NCBI RefSeq assembly: GCF_030684315.1
Contig: NC_081397.1
Coordinates: 10,564,421 to 10,628,420 of the forward strand
Reading direction: 5' to 3'
Source: Stegostoma tigrinum
Taxonomy: Eukaryota
Length of the DNA: 64,000 nucleotides
In this document: in pieces, positions 51,398-64,000 of the stretch
Layout: each line of letters begins with the position of its first letter
Numbering within the stretch: position 1 is the first letter of the stretch
The notes under the pieces: generated by a model
The model's database searches: none
The model's input: the letters and a program-made list of their open reading frames with translations, nothing else
Told to the model about the DNA's origin: nothing
Translations under genes and position numbers: made by a program

Positions 51398-51868
51398 CTA
51401 GGAGCTGGTGAATGGCCTCTCCCCAGTGTGAATTCGTTGATGAGTCTGGAGGCTGGAAGCCAAAGTGAATCCCTTGCCGCACGTACAGCAGATGAACGGC
51501 CTCTCCCCAGTGTGAACTCGCTGGTGTATCAGCAGGTTGGAGGAATTAGTGAATCCCTGCCCACACTCAGAGCAGGAGAATGGTCTCTCCCCAGTGTGAA
51601 CTCGCTGGTGTCTCTGCAGGTGGGATTTCTGACTGAATCCCTTGCCACATTCAGAGCAGGAGAATGGTTTCTCCCCAGTGTGACTGCGCCGATGAATTTC
51701 CAGTTCAGTCGAGGATCTGAATCCATTCCCACAGTCCCCACATTTCCACAGTTTCTCCTTGTGACTCCGTTTATGTTTCGAGAGGTCAGATGATCGGCTG
51801 AATGCTCGTGCACACACATCACACATGTACAGTTTCTGACCGCTGTCAACAGTGTATTCTCCTTCCAT
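51398..51868 (-). CDS. C2H2 zinc-finger protein, 5 fingers, premature stop
   Basis: Five CxxC-x12-HxxxH fingers, with TGEKPF/TGERPF linkers after fingers 2-5. Acceptor ttccacag at 51969. Degenerate fingers continue to ~51180 after the TAG. Confidence 0.85.
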   Translation of the reverse strand: MEGEYTVDSGQKLYMCDVCARAFSRSSDLSKHKRSHKEKLWKCGDCGNGFRSSTELEIHRRSHTGEKPFSCSECGKGFSQKSHLQRHQRVHTGERPFSCSECGQGFTNSSNLLIHQRVHTGERPFICCTCGKGFTLASSLQTHQRIHTGERPFTSS

Positions 51869-52252
51869 GTTCAAAACCCAATGAGATTCAGGTTACACCA
51901 AATTGGGCCACACTGAAATCCTGATCGGTTGCAGTTTCCCCGACTGTAAATCCTCTCCTTCCAATATCCTGTGGAATTGATTTAGAACAGAATTAATGGA
52001 AGTGAGAGTCTCCCCATAAAAATACAAAGTCATGCATCTGTCCTGGTATCGCATTTGGCTCCGTGTCAAATGTATGAACACAACGGCTAACATATAAACT
52101 ATCGGGCCGTCCCGCCTGCTCCATCATTCAATACGATGATGACCGATAAGATCATGTTTTGAATCTCTAGCTACACCCAATAAGTTTTGATTCCCTGGCT
52201 GAACAAGTATCTGCCCACCTCTGCCTTAAAAATGTTCAATGATCCAGTCTCG

Positions 52253-52387
52253 GAGATACTGAGAACTGCAGATGCTGGAGAATCCGAGGTAACAAAGTGT
52301 GGAGCTGGATGAAGGGTCGAGGCCCGAAACATCAGCTTTTGTGCTCCTAAGATGCTGCTTGGCCTGCTGTGTTCATCCAGCTCCACA
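52253..52387. mobile_element. head-to-head PLE terminal fragments with 16-bp TSD
   Basis: caatgatccagtctcg at 52237-52252 and 52388-52403. Confidence 0.85.
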
Positions 52388-52643
52388 CAATGATCCAGTC
52401 TCGACTGTCTTTTGAGGCAGAGGGTTCCAAAGTCACACTAATCTTGTATAAAGAACTCCTCTCATGATAAAGCAGTCTTCCCCCATTCTGGACTTAGCCG
52501 GAGGAGAAAATATGTCCACATTCACCTTGTCAAAACCCATTCAGGATATTAAACATGAGGCAAGTCACACCTCACTCTTCTGAACACGTGAGCATTCCCC
52601 ATGCTGTCCAAAATATCCTCAGAAGACAACCCACTCATTCAGG

Positions 52644-52831
52644 GATAACAAGGTGCAGAGCTCAATGGACACAGCATGCTAAGCAGCATCAGAGGAGCAG
52701 GAAGGCTGACATTTCAGTCCTCGACCCTTCATCAGTCTTCCAGCTCCTCTCATGCTGCTTGGCCTTCTGTGTTCATCCAGCTCTACACCATGATATCTCA
52801 GATTCTCCAGCATCTGCAGTTCCTACTATCT
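52644..52831. mobile_element. head-to-head PLE terminal fragments with 13-bp TSD
   Basis: ccactcattcagg at 52631-52643 and 52832-52844. Confidence 0.85.
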
Positions 52832-53099
52832 CCACTCATTCAGGTATCAGTCCACTGAATCTCCACCGCATTTACATCCTTCCTTCAATAATGAGACCAA
52901 AACGGCACATAGTCATGGAGGTGAAGTTTCACTTATTCCCTGTACAACTGAATTATCAAATCCTTACTTTTCTATTCGATTTCACTTGTGATAAACAAGA
53001 ACATTCCATGAGCCTTCATCTTCACTTGTTAATTATATCCCAATCTTTTGTGTATTTCACACCAGATCCCCTTGATATCTAAACCCCAAAAGATTCTGC

Positions 53100-54680
53100 A
53101 CCTGTCTTCTTTTCTCATTTTTCCCGTCAAGCAAACAATTTCACATTTTGTTATATCATAGATCACCTGAAATATTCATTCAAAAAGGCTGCAAACTGTT
53201 GTCGGGAAATTAAGTCTTCACAGCCACCTTTCTTGATAGCTTTGTAGCAACACAAAGTGTACCTACCATGACTTCATTTCCCTCGTCCAAGTCACTGATA
53301 TAAACTGCAAAAGGTTTAGGTTCAGCAGAGCCCTGTGGCTCCCCACTCATCACATTCTGACAATCTGAAACACACCCATTTATGGATATTCTCGGTTTTC
53401 TATCATCCAGCCAATCCAGTATCCAGGCCGGTATGTACCACTAAACTAGTAGCTCCCACTCAAAACAGTCACCTTTTCCATGGTACCTTGTGAAATGCCT
53501 TCAGGAAAGCCAAGAACAAGAGATCATCAGGCTCCCTTTATCCACAGCACATGTCACTCCTCAAAGAATTCCACTAAATTGGAGAAACACAAAGAAGTAA
53601 TTGTTCCCTTAGTTGAAGGGTGAATAACACTGGGCATCATTTTGCAGTGAAAGGCAAGAATTTTACAGGGGAATGGAGGAAAACATTTTTCACCTAAAGG
53701 GTGGTGCAAGTCTGGAATGCACTGCCTGGGACGGCCGTTGATGCGGCAAGCCTCACAAATCAACCTCCACTGCTCCAGGGAAGAAAAGCCCCATCCTTTC
53801 CAGCCCCAACCCACAGCCCAAACCCTCCAATACCGGCAATATCCCTGTGAATCATCTCTGAACACTTTCAGGATTCACAACTTCTTTCCCATAGCAGGGA
53901 GACCTGAACAGAATACAGTATTCTAACTATGTCCTGTACAGTCGCAATATGACATCCCAACTCCAATAACTCAATGCAGTGACAAATGAAGGCGAGCGTA
54001 CCAAATGCCTTCTTCACCACCCTGTCCACCTGCAACTCCGCTTTCAAGGGACTTTGCACCTGCACCCCTAATCCCCTTGTCCGGCTACACTCCCATGGGC
54101 CCTCCCATTAACTGTCTAAATCCTGCCCTGATTTTCATTGTTGAAATGCAACACCTCTCATTTGTCTGAACTCCATCTGCCACTCCTCAGCCCACTGATC
54201 AAAATCCCAAACTACTCAGTGAAGATCACCTTCCTCACTGTCCATGCACCACCAATGTTGGTGTCATCTGCAAACCTATGAACTATACCGTCACATGCAA
54301 ATCATTTGGATAATTACAAAAAGCAGTGGACCCAGAACTGATTCTTATGGCACACCACCTGGTCACAGGCCTCCAGTTCAAAAGACAACCCTCCACCACA
54401 CCCCTCTGTTTCCTACCCTGAATCCATATTTGATTCCAACTGGCTAGTGCTTCCTGTATTCCATATGATCTAACCTTGCTAACCAGTCTACCATGCAGAA
54501 CCTTGTCAAGTGTTTTGCTGAAGTCCATATACACAATGTCTACCGCCCGGCCTTCAATCTTCTTTGCCACATTTTCAAAAAAAATAACACAACCGACAGA
54601 CTGAGACACGATTACTCATGCACAAAGCCATGCTGACTCTCCCTAATCAGTCCTTACCTTTCTAAATGCATTTAAATCCT
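53100..54680 (-). mobile_element. nested degenerate CR1 fragments
   Basis: ORF 54283..54609 has VDIVYMDFSKTLDKVLHGRL; ORF 53868..54065 has QVDRVVKKAFGTLAFI. Confidence 0.8.
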
Positions 54681-54729
54681 TTTGTTCACTTTTATTTCTT
54701 CAGGTTTTTGTTTCAAATTCATGCAGAGG

Positions 54730-55010
54730 TGTTGGGCGGCACTGGCTAGGCCAGCATTCACTGTCATCCATAAACTGCCCAGAAGGCAGTTAACAGTCAA
54801 CATTGCTGTGGGTCTGGACACGTAAACCAGACCCATTCAGGATGGCAGCTTTCTTCCCCAGTGGACCTGAGTGAACCAGATGTTTTGTTCCTAAAAATCA
54901 ACAATGGATTCTTGACCATCGTTCAACTTAAAGCCAGAGTTTTATTCAAGTTCTACCACCTGCCATGGCAGGATCTGAACCCAGGTCCCCAGATTAATAT
55001 TCTGGTGATA
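54730..55010 (-). mobile_element. tRNA-derived SINE, degenerate
   Basis: Homologous to 4635-4967. Confidence 0.55.
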
Positions 55011-55596
55011 TACCACCAAATAATTGATTCTCATTCCCTCCATGACAGGTCACCCTAACTGGCCTGTAGTTTCCTGTTGTCTGCCTTCCTCGCCTCTTCA
55101 ATACAGAGGTTTTATCTGCTATTTTGCAGTGAGACAGAAACTTTCCAGAATCTAATGCATTTTGGAAAGTTAACACCGATGTTTCTACAACAACTGCAGA
55201 ATATTTGTTCGCCAAGCCACTTCTTTTGTTAAACACCGTCTGGAGTGTTTTTTTTTAAGCCACCCGATCTTCCATAGAGTCCAGCTCCCTTTGACAACCT
55301 CACGCTGGAAAGTGTAGGGCCCAGCTGGCTTTGAAAGGACTCAGGGTAAACTCAGCCACTTCGCCTCCATCACCACTCCAGCTCAATCCGATACAGCAAA
55401 GACTTACAAAAGCTAACTGGAATAAGCCCCTGAAGAGGAAAGAAAAAGGCAAATAACAGGAATCGCTGATTTGCTTTTGGGGAAAGGCCAGCACAGGCAC
55501 AATGGATAGAGCAGCCTCCTTCTCCATGGTAATCAGTGACTTTGTGTGACTCAATTAATAGGAACCAATAGGCCACAATATGACCACCACCCACCC

Positions 55597-56786
55597 TGTT
55601 AGAAATGGCCTTTTAATTCATCCATGTGTGTTTCTTGACTTGGTTCTGGGAGGAAGTCCTAGATGGGGTTGAGAAATGTATCAGCCATGACTGACTCTGC
55701 AGACTCTGGTTCTGCTCCTCTGTCTTATGGACTTATCATCAAAAGAGCAGCAAAATACTGTCGCTGCTGCTGCAAGTCTGAAATAAACAGAAAATGCTGA
55801 AAAATCACAACAGGTCGGGCAGTATCTGAGGATAGAGAATCGGTTCATGTTAACAGAGTGCAAGTTACAAGAAAGATAGAGTGCTTTTCTAAGATTGGAG
55901 ATTTATACAGAAGATGGGTCTCTAAATAGTTGCAGATTTCAGGCAGTACCAAAAATGGAAGCATGTACTGATTGGCTGCATAATTGGAATTCTTAGGCTT
56001 GTTATGATGTTTTGGCTATGAGCTGGGAGCAGCAAATTCAGAACCCGAGCAGCCAATGCAACTGTAAGAAAATGGACGGGTCATCAAGGGACAATTGGAA
56101 GAGGACAACTGGAAATTCGGCAGAGAGCCAATGGCCATCTGAAAGGTGTGAGAGCTAACTGCCATTTGAGCTCACATGCACCCAGCTCACACAAGAAATC
56201 ACTAAGTTCTGTGTGAAAGCACCATCCTATCCACTATAGGTCTCACGACGGCACTTCCAGCAAGAGTCTTCACTGAGAAAACATCCCTGACAGCAGAATC
56301 AGTGGAATAGGAGTGTTTATGGCATGAGACAAACAGAAGGAAGAGCGTTTCAGAGACACATTCTATGTGAACTGGGAGAGATTATGTTTTAATTTATTAT
56401 TCTTATTAATTGGGCTTATAATACGTGGGACTTGTGTTTATTTGGACAGCATGCCAGGAGAATTCAGTTCAGTTAGGGAATAGATTGTGCCTGGTCGGTT
56501 GGGGTGGGGTGGGTTGGGGTGGGGATGGTGGGGGCAAAGGTTTTTCTGTTTGTCAGTAATTCTGTTCATTTCGTCATTGTTAGGGCTAAATAAATAAATT
56601 GTTACTTTTACTTGTGACTTATACAGTGGGGATCAGGGATTTTTTTTTAAACCATTCTTCTAACAGCAAGCTTCCCTGTGTGTTAAGGTCACCATTAGAA
56701 AGGAACCTCTACTCCCATAACAACAGATTGGGGCTTGAGTTTTGGGTTAATTATCCAAACGTTCGACCTACCCCTGCTTCATAACA
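55597..56786 (+). mobile_element. possible solo LTR
   Basis: TGTTA...TAACA inverted termini and AATAAA at ~56590; TSD not clean. Confidence 0.35.
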
Positions 56787-56789
56787 CCC

Positions 56790-58660
56790 TGCTCTTGGAA
56801 TCTATGCAATGATCAATAAAGGGAAGCATCCCTTATATGTTCTTAACTGCATGAATTGACCTGTCCTGCCACCCTCAGGAATATGCAGACAAGCACATGT
56901 GAACCTTTTGCTCGTTTGAGCTTCCTAACGTTTTGCCATTCATTGAGTACACCCTTGTCTTGTTCCTTCTGCCAAAGTGCATCACCTCCCATTTATCAGG
57001 GTTAAACTGCAACTGCCACTATTCTGCCTTCTGACCAATCTGTTCATATGTTCCAGTCACCCAACACCTGTCTCCTCACTGTCAAACACCTGACTAATTT
57101 TAGTGTCATTCACAAACTTAGTCATCATCTCTCTCAAGTCTTATCTACTTCACGTACAAATATCACAAAAACACACTGATCCCTGTGGGATGTCACTGCA
57201 CACTGCATTCCAGTCACACAAACTGCCTTCTACCATCGCCCTCTGTTTCCCAGCACTGAGCCAATTTTGGGTCCAGCTTGGCAAGTTACCAGGCATCCCA
57301 TCAAGGATTGATTTCAAAGGACCTGAGGAGCAACATGTTCATGCAGAGAGTGCTAGGTGCACAGAATGAGCTGCTAGAATAAGTGGTGAAGGCTGGTACA
57401 ATTACAACAATTAAAAGGCATCTGGATGGGTACATGAATAGGTATAGTTGAGAGGGATATGGGCCAAATGCTGGCAAATGGGACTTGAATAATTAAGAAT
57501 ATCTGGACAGCATGACCGAGTGTGACCAAAGTGTCTGTTTCCATGCTGTACATCTCTATTGTTCTACATCGACGTTAACTTCATCAGTCGAGGCACGGAG
57601 TATAAGGGCAGGGAGGTTATGTTGAAGCTGTACAGAATTTTGGTCAGACCACAGCTAGAGTACTGTATACAATCCTGGTCACCACATTATCAGACAGACA
57701 TGCAGCTGACAGGAAAAGCAGTCTCATTGGTGATAGTGAGGAGGATGCTCTCAAGCTACAGTCTGATATTGATCAACTGGTAAATTGGGCAGAGGGGGCT
57801 GTGTGGTCATGAATTTGGGAGGTTTCAGGTGTACATAATTCTGAGAGTTAGAGACAATGCAGATCATGACAACCTTTTCCCCATCGCAGACATGTCTAAG
57901 ACCAGTGGGCATAGGTTTAAGGAGAACAATAAGTGGTTTTGACAAGATCTAAGGGAAAGAAAAGAATTCACCCAGAGAGCGGTAGAAATATGGAACGCAT
58001 GGGCTGAGATGGTGATGGAGGCGAGTACTCTCACAACATTTAAAAAGCATCTGAATCAACACTTAAAAAGCCAGAACAGAGTAGTCTATTGACCAAGTGC
58101 AGGTAAATGGGATTAATGTAGTTTCAAGTTTGGTGGTCAGTTTCAACACGGGGACCGAAGGGCCTGTTTCTTTGCTGTATTACTCTATAACTCACTGTAA
58201 CTCAATCCTATGGGCTAAAGGTACTTTTACAGTGTTAGGTGACAGATCAGCATTGAACAATGGAACAGGCTTCAGGGACGGATGGCCTACTCCTGTTGCT
58301 GTAAGGTTATGAGGGTCATAGAGAGGGTGGATAGGAAGCATCTGTTCCCCTTTAATTGAAGGGTCAATAGGACATCATTGAAAAGGGGAAAGACAGAAGA
58401 TTGATGGAATTTGATGAAGTTTATGTTTTTTTCATTCAGAAGGTGGTGGGTATTTGGAATACAACAGCTGGGAGGGTAAGTGAAACAGGAAACTTCACAA
58501 CCTTTAAAAACGTATTTAGCTGAGCACTTGAAACATCACAACTTATAAAACAATGGGCCAAGTACTGCACAGTGGGAACAGTGTAAATTAGGTTTTTTTT
58601 GGTGCAGACTTGATGGATCAAAGTGCCTCTTCTAAACTGTATGATTCTATGACTCTGCAA
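56790..58660. mobile_element. cluster of CR1 fragments on both strands
   Basis: YRILVRPQLEYCIQSWSPHY (57559..57783) and several CR1 3' UTRs. Confidence 0.75.
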
Positions 58661-58963
58661 TTCCTGACGGTGAAAAGTACCGAGGGAAGATGGAGCTGGT
58701 AAGTCAGCAGTGCACACTTGGATGATGGGCAATGACAGAAACTTCAGACATTCAGCAAACAAACACAAACATTAAACAGAGCAGGTTAGACATTGGTAGA
58801 GAGCTGATCAGGGAGGACAGAGGCGACACACAGTAATGGATGGTCATGGCTTCAGATCCACAGTAAAGGAATTACACCAGCCCCAGAGGTATGCATCGTT
58901 CCACAGATAACTGGCACACACCGAAAACCTCAAAATTGTAAAAGAATGGTCAAAGTTACTCAC

Positions 58964-59013
58964 TCAACAGTTTCACCGTCTGCAATTTGGAAATCTCCTG
59001 CTGGAGCCGGCAC
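58964..59013 (-). other. candidate 5' UTR exon of the zinc-finger gene
   Basis: atctttacag| 50 nt |gtgagt on the same strand as the ZF exon. Confidence 0.5.
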
Positions 59014-59239
59014 CTGTAAAGATATCAGAAACGCCAGAGTCAGAAAAATCCCACATTTGAGGAAATCCCCAGGGAGTGGGTGATGTCACTGTGCAATTGT
59101 CAGTTTGTGATGACATCATCACAACAAACAGAGTGCATTCTGGGTCTGTACAAACCAGTGACTACCCACACATTCTGAAGGATGGGCGGGTGGCTTCATC
59201 AGAACGGTTTGAGGGATCGGGGATTTTAGTTGCAAGGCT

Positions 59240-59287
59240 GCATTCAAGAAATGCAGCATTCAAGAAATGCAGCATTCAAGAAATGCA
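59240..59287. repeat. 16-bp tandem repeat x3
   Basis: (gcattcaagaaatgca)3. Confidence 0.95.
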
Positions 59288-60329
59288 TTGCTCCAAAGTG
59301 AATAAAGGACAGAGTGGGGGGTGGGGTGGGGTTGATAACAGTACAAAAGTTATAACAATCATAGAGGTCCACACACAAAGAAAAAGGCCCTTCAGCCCAT
59401 TAAGGCTGTGCCAGTCAGAAACAACGACCTCACCACTTGTCCAGTACAAGACAATCTTGAATCTAACAGAGTTATGATCAATGTCTACAACTGATTCCCT
59501 CACTGATATTTCAACTCCTTGCTCGGCTTCAATTACCTAAAACTCAGTCCAGTACCATTCCCTCTCGTGTAGGATCTTCTTAATACTGGCTTCAAAAGCT
59601 GCCGTGGATGCATGTTGAGAATTTCACTTTCTCTAAATCTTTCACACTATGACTACCCCAGTTGATGTTGGGAATAGTTCTCGCACCTGTTACTTTATGC
59701 CTCATCAATACAGTCAGAGAAACTAACACCAGGAGAAGGCCATTCAGCCCTTTCCTCCAGCTTCAACATTTAAATGATCATGGCCAAACATGCAACTTAG
59801 TACCCTGTTCCTTCTTTCTCTTTGAACATTTCAGTCCTATGTTTTGGCCACAACAATTTGCCGTGGGAGAGAATTCCACAAGCTCACCACTCCCTGGGTG
59901 AAGATCTTTGTGCTCATCTTAGTCTTTCGTCCTACGCTGCATCCTTCAACCTTGAACCTTGGTTCTAGACCCCCCCAGTCATTGGGAACATCGTTTCTGC
60001 ATTTATCTTGTAGGGCCCTAAATTTTATACATTTCTATTGGATGCTCCCTCAGTCTCACAATGACCCTGTGCAATTCCAGCACAATAGTCTTGCTTCTGT
60101 ATTCAAATCATCTCACTGTGAGGGCTAACATACAATCTGCAATCTTCACCGCCTGCTGTGCATACATGCTTACCTTCACAAGCTGGTGTCCCTTCTCAAA
60201 TCCATAACCATTCAGATAATAAACTGGTATAACAGGGTGTAGAGCTGGATGAACACAGCAGGCCAAGCAGCATCAGAGTTATCCTCATTGTAAGCAATTG
60301 ATGGTAAACTTCCAGTCAGGAACAATGTT

Positions 60330-60725
60330 GCCCCCTACAAACATGGCGGCACCTCGAGTGCATTCCCCCAACAAACATTGCCGCCGCACCTGCGCCCTAC
60401 CGCCCGTCATTATCAAACGAAATGGCGGCCATCAATTCAACTTTAAACTCCGGCATTGGCGACAAACGGAAGCATCAGAAGGTCGTGCTGGGATTTACAG
60501 CTTACCGAACAGCTTTACGAAGCTTTTCCGTCCATCTGCTGAATGCAGCGGCCCCGTCGTTCTGTCCGTTTGTTAACGGTCCAAGAGCCGCCTGAAACAA
60601 CGCTCCCCCGTCGCTGTCACCCTGCACAAAGTCCAGTCACACATGGCACTACGCCTGCGCACATTTTCCTGTTCTGTGACTAGGGAACATTTACTGCTCT
60701 TTGGCATTCTGGGTAGCTGTGCCGC
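60330..60725. promoter_or_regulatory. CpG-rich promoter with YY1- and ZNF143-like motifs; candidate ZF first exon
   Basis: ATGGCGGC at 60343 and 60422; gcattctgggtagctgt at ~60704; minus-strand donor G|GTAAGC at 60505. Confidence 0.5.
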
Positions 60726-62289
60726 CATTGACTATTCTCTTTCAAGGATGTTATTTGACCGGTTCTACTGGCTCAATTAACTGCATGATTTCCAATTCTA
60801 ATGTTACTTTTGGGTAAAGGGCATATTTGCAATTCTAATTTTGTTTTCTCACAAAACAAACGCATAAACATTCAGTGCATTCCAAGCATGGCCTGATTAG
60901 TTCCTGGTATAATTGCACAGGATTCGTTGCAAGCCTCAAACTCTCATTTGTTTGATTTTCTATGAACAGATAGGAACTGCAGTGATGGCGAGAAGCAGAA
61001 GAGATGGGAGTAGGAAGAAAACCGGGAATTTTGGAAGGAAACAGGACAGATGGATTTCAACCCAAGGAGGAATGGAAGTGCGTGTGGCCAGCATTTACAA
61101 CTTTGGGACAGCAGGAGGGGAAAATTAAAAGGAAAAAAGTGTGTTCTGAATTTCTACCCTGTCCTGAGAGTGATGCCATTTGCAAACTCCTTTTATATGA
61201 AACTTGAAAGGGAAAGTTTACAGACTTTATCTCAAATCAATTACTACATTAAGATATGACAGTGTCACTTAATTCATCATGACCTACATAGTTTGTAGGT
61301 AAAAGGAGAACTGTTTAACCAGTTAAACAGTGAGAACGATAAAAGTCCAACATTCATGAGCTTTTTGTTTCAGAGTTCCAGCACCTGCAGTTCTTTATTT
61401 TGTTTAAGTATTTTGTTTTCCCTCTGGCTCCGTTTTGTATTGCATAACATTCTAACTGGAGTTTACGGTTGCTCACTTAAATAAGAAGGTCACCAAGAAT
61501 CTGGCAAGAGGAACGTTGCAAAGCAATGGTAAGCTCAGAAATTGCGGATATAAAGCCCAAGATGCTGAAATCAGTTGTCCACCCAGCTGAGCTAACCGAT
61601 CCTCCCAATACAGCAGGTCCAAGAGTCAATCACGACTTAAGTACCCAGGATACCTGGCAGTGGGAACCAAAGATCAAAGGTTCAAACTACTGATGAGGAT
61701 TTATTAAACAAACCTAACATGCTTTTAAATCTTTAGTCAGTTATAAGGTTTTAATTGATTAATCTTTATGTGTAAATCCCCGAATTCCCGTCAAGTCACT
61801 GCCCTGAGAGAACAAAAGGTTTTACAAGAAGTGACATTTTTTGTCGGACAATGCATGTTAGTTGTGAGACCTTGTTCAGAATCTGTTTATGTTTTGGTTT
61901 GGAGTCAGGCTGATTTTATTTCTTCAGCAGCTATTTATAAAACGCCACCATTGACTGACTGTCCATAAATTATGTGCTTTTTGAACAAAATTGAATGTAC
62001 CTGCAAATGCGAATTTTTTCCATACATGCATTCCATTACGTGTGTGTGAGGGAGAGAGAGAGAGAGGTGGATTATAATCTAATATCGTATATTTACTTAT
62101 ACACCGCCCCCCGCCACCCCCAAAACCCCATCCAATAGCGGCACCTCCTCATAATGTGTACAGAAAACAGTGCACAGGCGCCGTACTGAGTCTGACAGGA
62201 GCATGAGCGAGATAGGCAATGGCGAGGGTGATATGTTTCCCTACCGTCTTTGGCAGTGTTCACAATTCAGCATGACGAAGAGAGTGATG

Positions 62290-62460
62290 GACACGGTGGG
62301 TGACGGAAAAGTTTCATAAAAACGTTGGCTAAGACGTAAATCCGAATACGACCTTCGAGTGAAACCGTTTTTCTTCCACTCCCAGAATTTAGGGTTTATG
62401 GCCGCCATCTCGATTTGAAATGAGAGGCCGCAGGGCGCAGACGCGCCGGTATCTTTTTAG
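62290..62460 (-). promoter_or_regulatory. inverted paralog of the 60420-60540 promoter segment
   Basis: Reverse complement agatggcggccataa...gaaggtcgtattcggatttac...cttttccgtc aligns with 60420-60535. Confidence 0.6.
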
Positions 62461-62699
62461 GGGGCAATCTTGCTCATGCCTAAGAGGAGTTTGTGACCAA
62501 TTGCTCAGAATCGGCTAATGCGTGATTTTTCATTTGGACAACTTCTGAGTGAGCTCATGCGTGGCAGATAAAATGTAATGTAGGAATTCTAAAACAAGAA
62601 AATAACTCATGAATGTGGGATTTTTTTGTATTCTCGCTGTGTAACTGGTTATAAACAGTTCTTATTTCAGCTCAAAGCTACATCATATGTAGGCCGTGA

Positions 62700-62843
62700 C
62701 AATAAAACGTGAGGCTGGATGAACACAGCAGGCCCAGCAGCATCTCAGGTTGTGCTCCTGAGATGCTGCTGTGCCTGCTGTGTACATCCAGCCTCACATT
62801 TTATTATCTTGGATTCTCCAGCATCTGCAGTTCCCATTATCAC
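62700..62843. mobile_element. head-to-head PLE terminal fragments with 13-bp TSD
   Basis: atgtaggccgtga at 62687-62699 and 62844-62856. Confidence 0.85.
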
Positions 62844-62991
62844 ATGTAGGCCGTGATGAATTAAGTGGGTGCCAGATCTCAGTGTGGTAATTGATTTGAG
62901 ATGCACATCTGTAAACTTTCCCTTTCAAGTTTCATATAAGAGAAGTTTGCAAATGACATCACTCTCACTACAAAGTGAAAATTCAGAACAC

Positions 62992-63962
62992 AGCAGGCCG
63001 AGCAGGAAAGGTTGACGTTTCGGGTCGGAACCCTTCTTCAGAATGGGAGTGGGGAAGGGGATTCTGGAATTAATAGGGACACGGGGGGGGGGGGGGGGAT
63101 AGAAGATGGATAAAGGAGAAGATAGGTTGAGAGGAGACAGACAGGTCAAAGAGGCGGGGTTAGAGCCAGTGAAGGTGAATGTAGGTGGGGAGTTAGGGGA
63201 GGATAGGTCAGTCCAGGGTGGACGGACAGGTTGGGGGACGGCATGAAGTTAGTGGGTATGGGTTGTGTTGGGGCTTGAGATGGGAGGAATGGTTAGGGAG
63301 GCGCGACGACATGTCCATCCTGGGCCCCCTGCATTGCCACAAAATCGCCACCCGAAAGATGCAGGAACAGCGTCTCATATTTTGCTTGGGAACTCTGCAG
63401 CCCAAGGTTATCAACGTGGACTTCACAAGCTTCAAAATCTCCCCTTCCCGACCACGTGCCAAAACCAGCCCAGCTAGTCCTCGCCTCCCTAACCATTCCT
63501 CTCCCCCTCTCCGTCCCCTACCCCCTAACGCCATCCCACCCCCTGACCTATCCGTCCTTCCTGGACTGGCCTATCCCCCCACCCCCCAACTCCCCACCTA
63601 CATTCACCTTCACTGGCTCTAATCTCGCCTCTTTGACCATCATAAATGCTGTGTGGCCTGCTGTGTTCATCCAGCTCCACACTTTGTTATCATGGATTCT
63701 CCAGCATCTGCAGTTCCCATTATCTTTGAACTTTCTGTCTCCTCTCAACCTATCTTCACCTTCATCCATCTTCTATCCACCTCCCCCATGTCTCCCTATT
63801 TATTTCAGAATCCCCTTCCCTTCCCCCATTTCTGAAGAAGGGTCCTGACCCGAAATGCCAAGCTTGCCTGCTCCTCTGATGCTGCTTGGCCTGCTGTGTT
63901 CATCCAGCTTCCCACCGTGTTATCTCAGATTCTCCAGCATCGGCAGTTCCTACTGTCTGTGG
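62992..63962. mobile_element. inverted pair of PLE 3' ends (related subfamily) with hammerhead motifs
   Basis: GIY-YIG tail (MSILGPLHCHKIATRKMQEQRLIFCLGTLQP). CTGAAGA hammerheads at 63014-63041 (-) and 63832-63859 (+). aaattcagaacac flanks both sides. Confidence 0.85.
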
Positions 63963-64000
63963 AAATTCAGAACACACTGTTTGTGTTTTGATTTATTTGC

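Noticed and set aside
61730-62070. Possible further retroelement fragment ending in a (TG)/(GA) microsatellite
   Set aside because: No second copy or protein motif in the window to support a call.

Overview
Eukaryotic (vertebrate) genomic DNA. The mix of CR1/L2, Penelope and Tx1 retroelements, replication-dependent histone genes and KRAB-less C2H2 zinc-finger genes suggests a cartilaginous fish (inference, not verified). The window holds two directly repeated histone units (H2B+ H2A+ [H3-] H4-; ~16.3-22.85 kb and ~39.6-45.9 kb). H3 is truncated in the first unit and deleted in the second, and a third, collapsed unit keeps only 3' ends. A ~4.9 kb segment carrying an unidentified spliced gene is present twice in inverted orientation (1.78-6.67 kb and 30.14-39.27 kb, the second copy interrupted by a near-full-length CR1 LINE). 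There is also a 5-finger C2H2 gene and many retroelement remnants. The most notable signal centres on Penelope-like elements (PLEs). Their ends carry minimal hammerhead-ribozyme motifs and occur as solo copies or head-to-head hairpins with 12-16 bp target-site duplications. A young 4.4 kb palindromic PLE is inserted inside the hammerhead of an older copy. Two diverged Tx1/L1-type 3' ends both join the same position of a hammerhead-like motif of a second repeat family, which suggests a target-specific Tx1 element. Coordinates and identities were read by eye; fragment boundaries are approximate.
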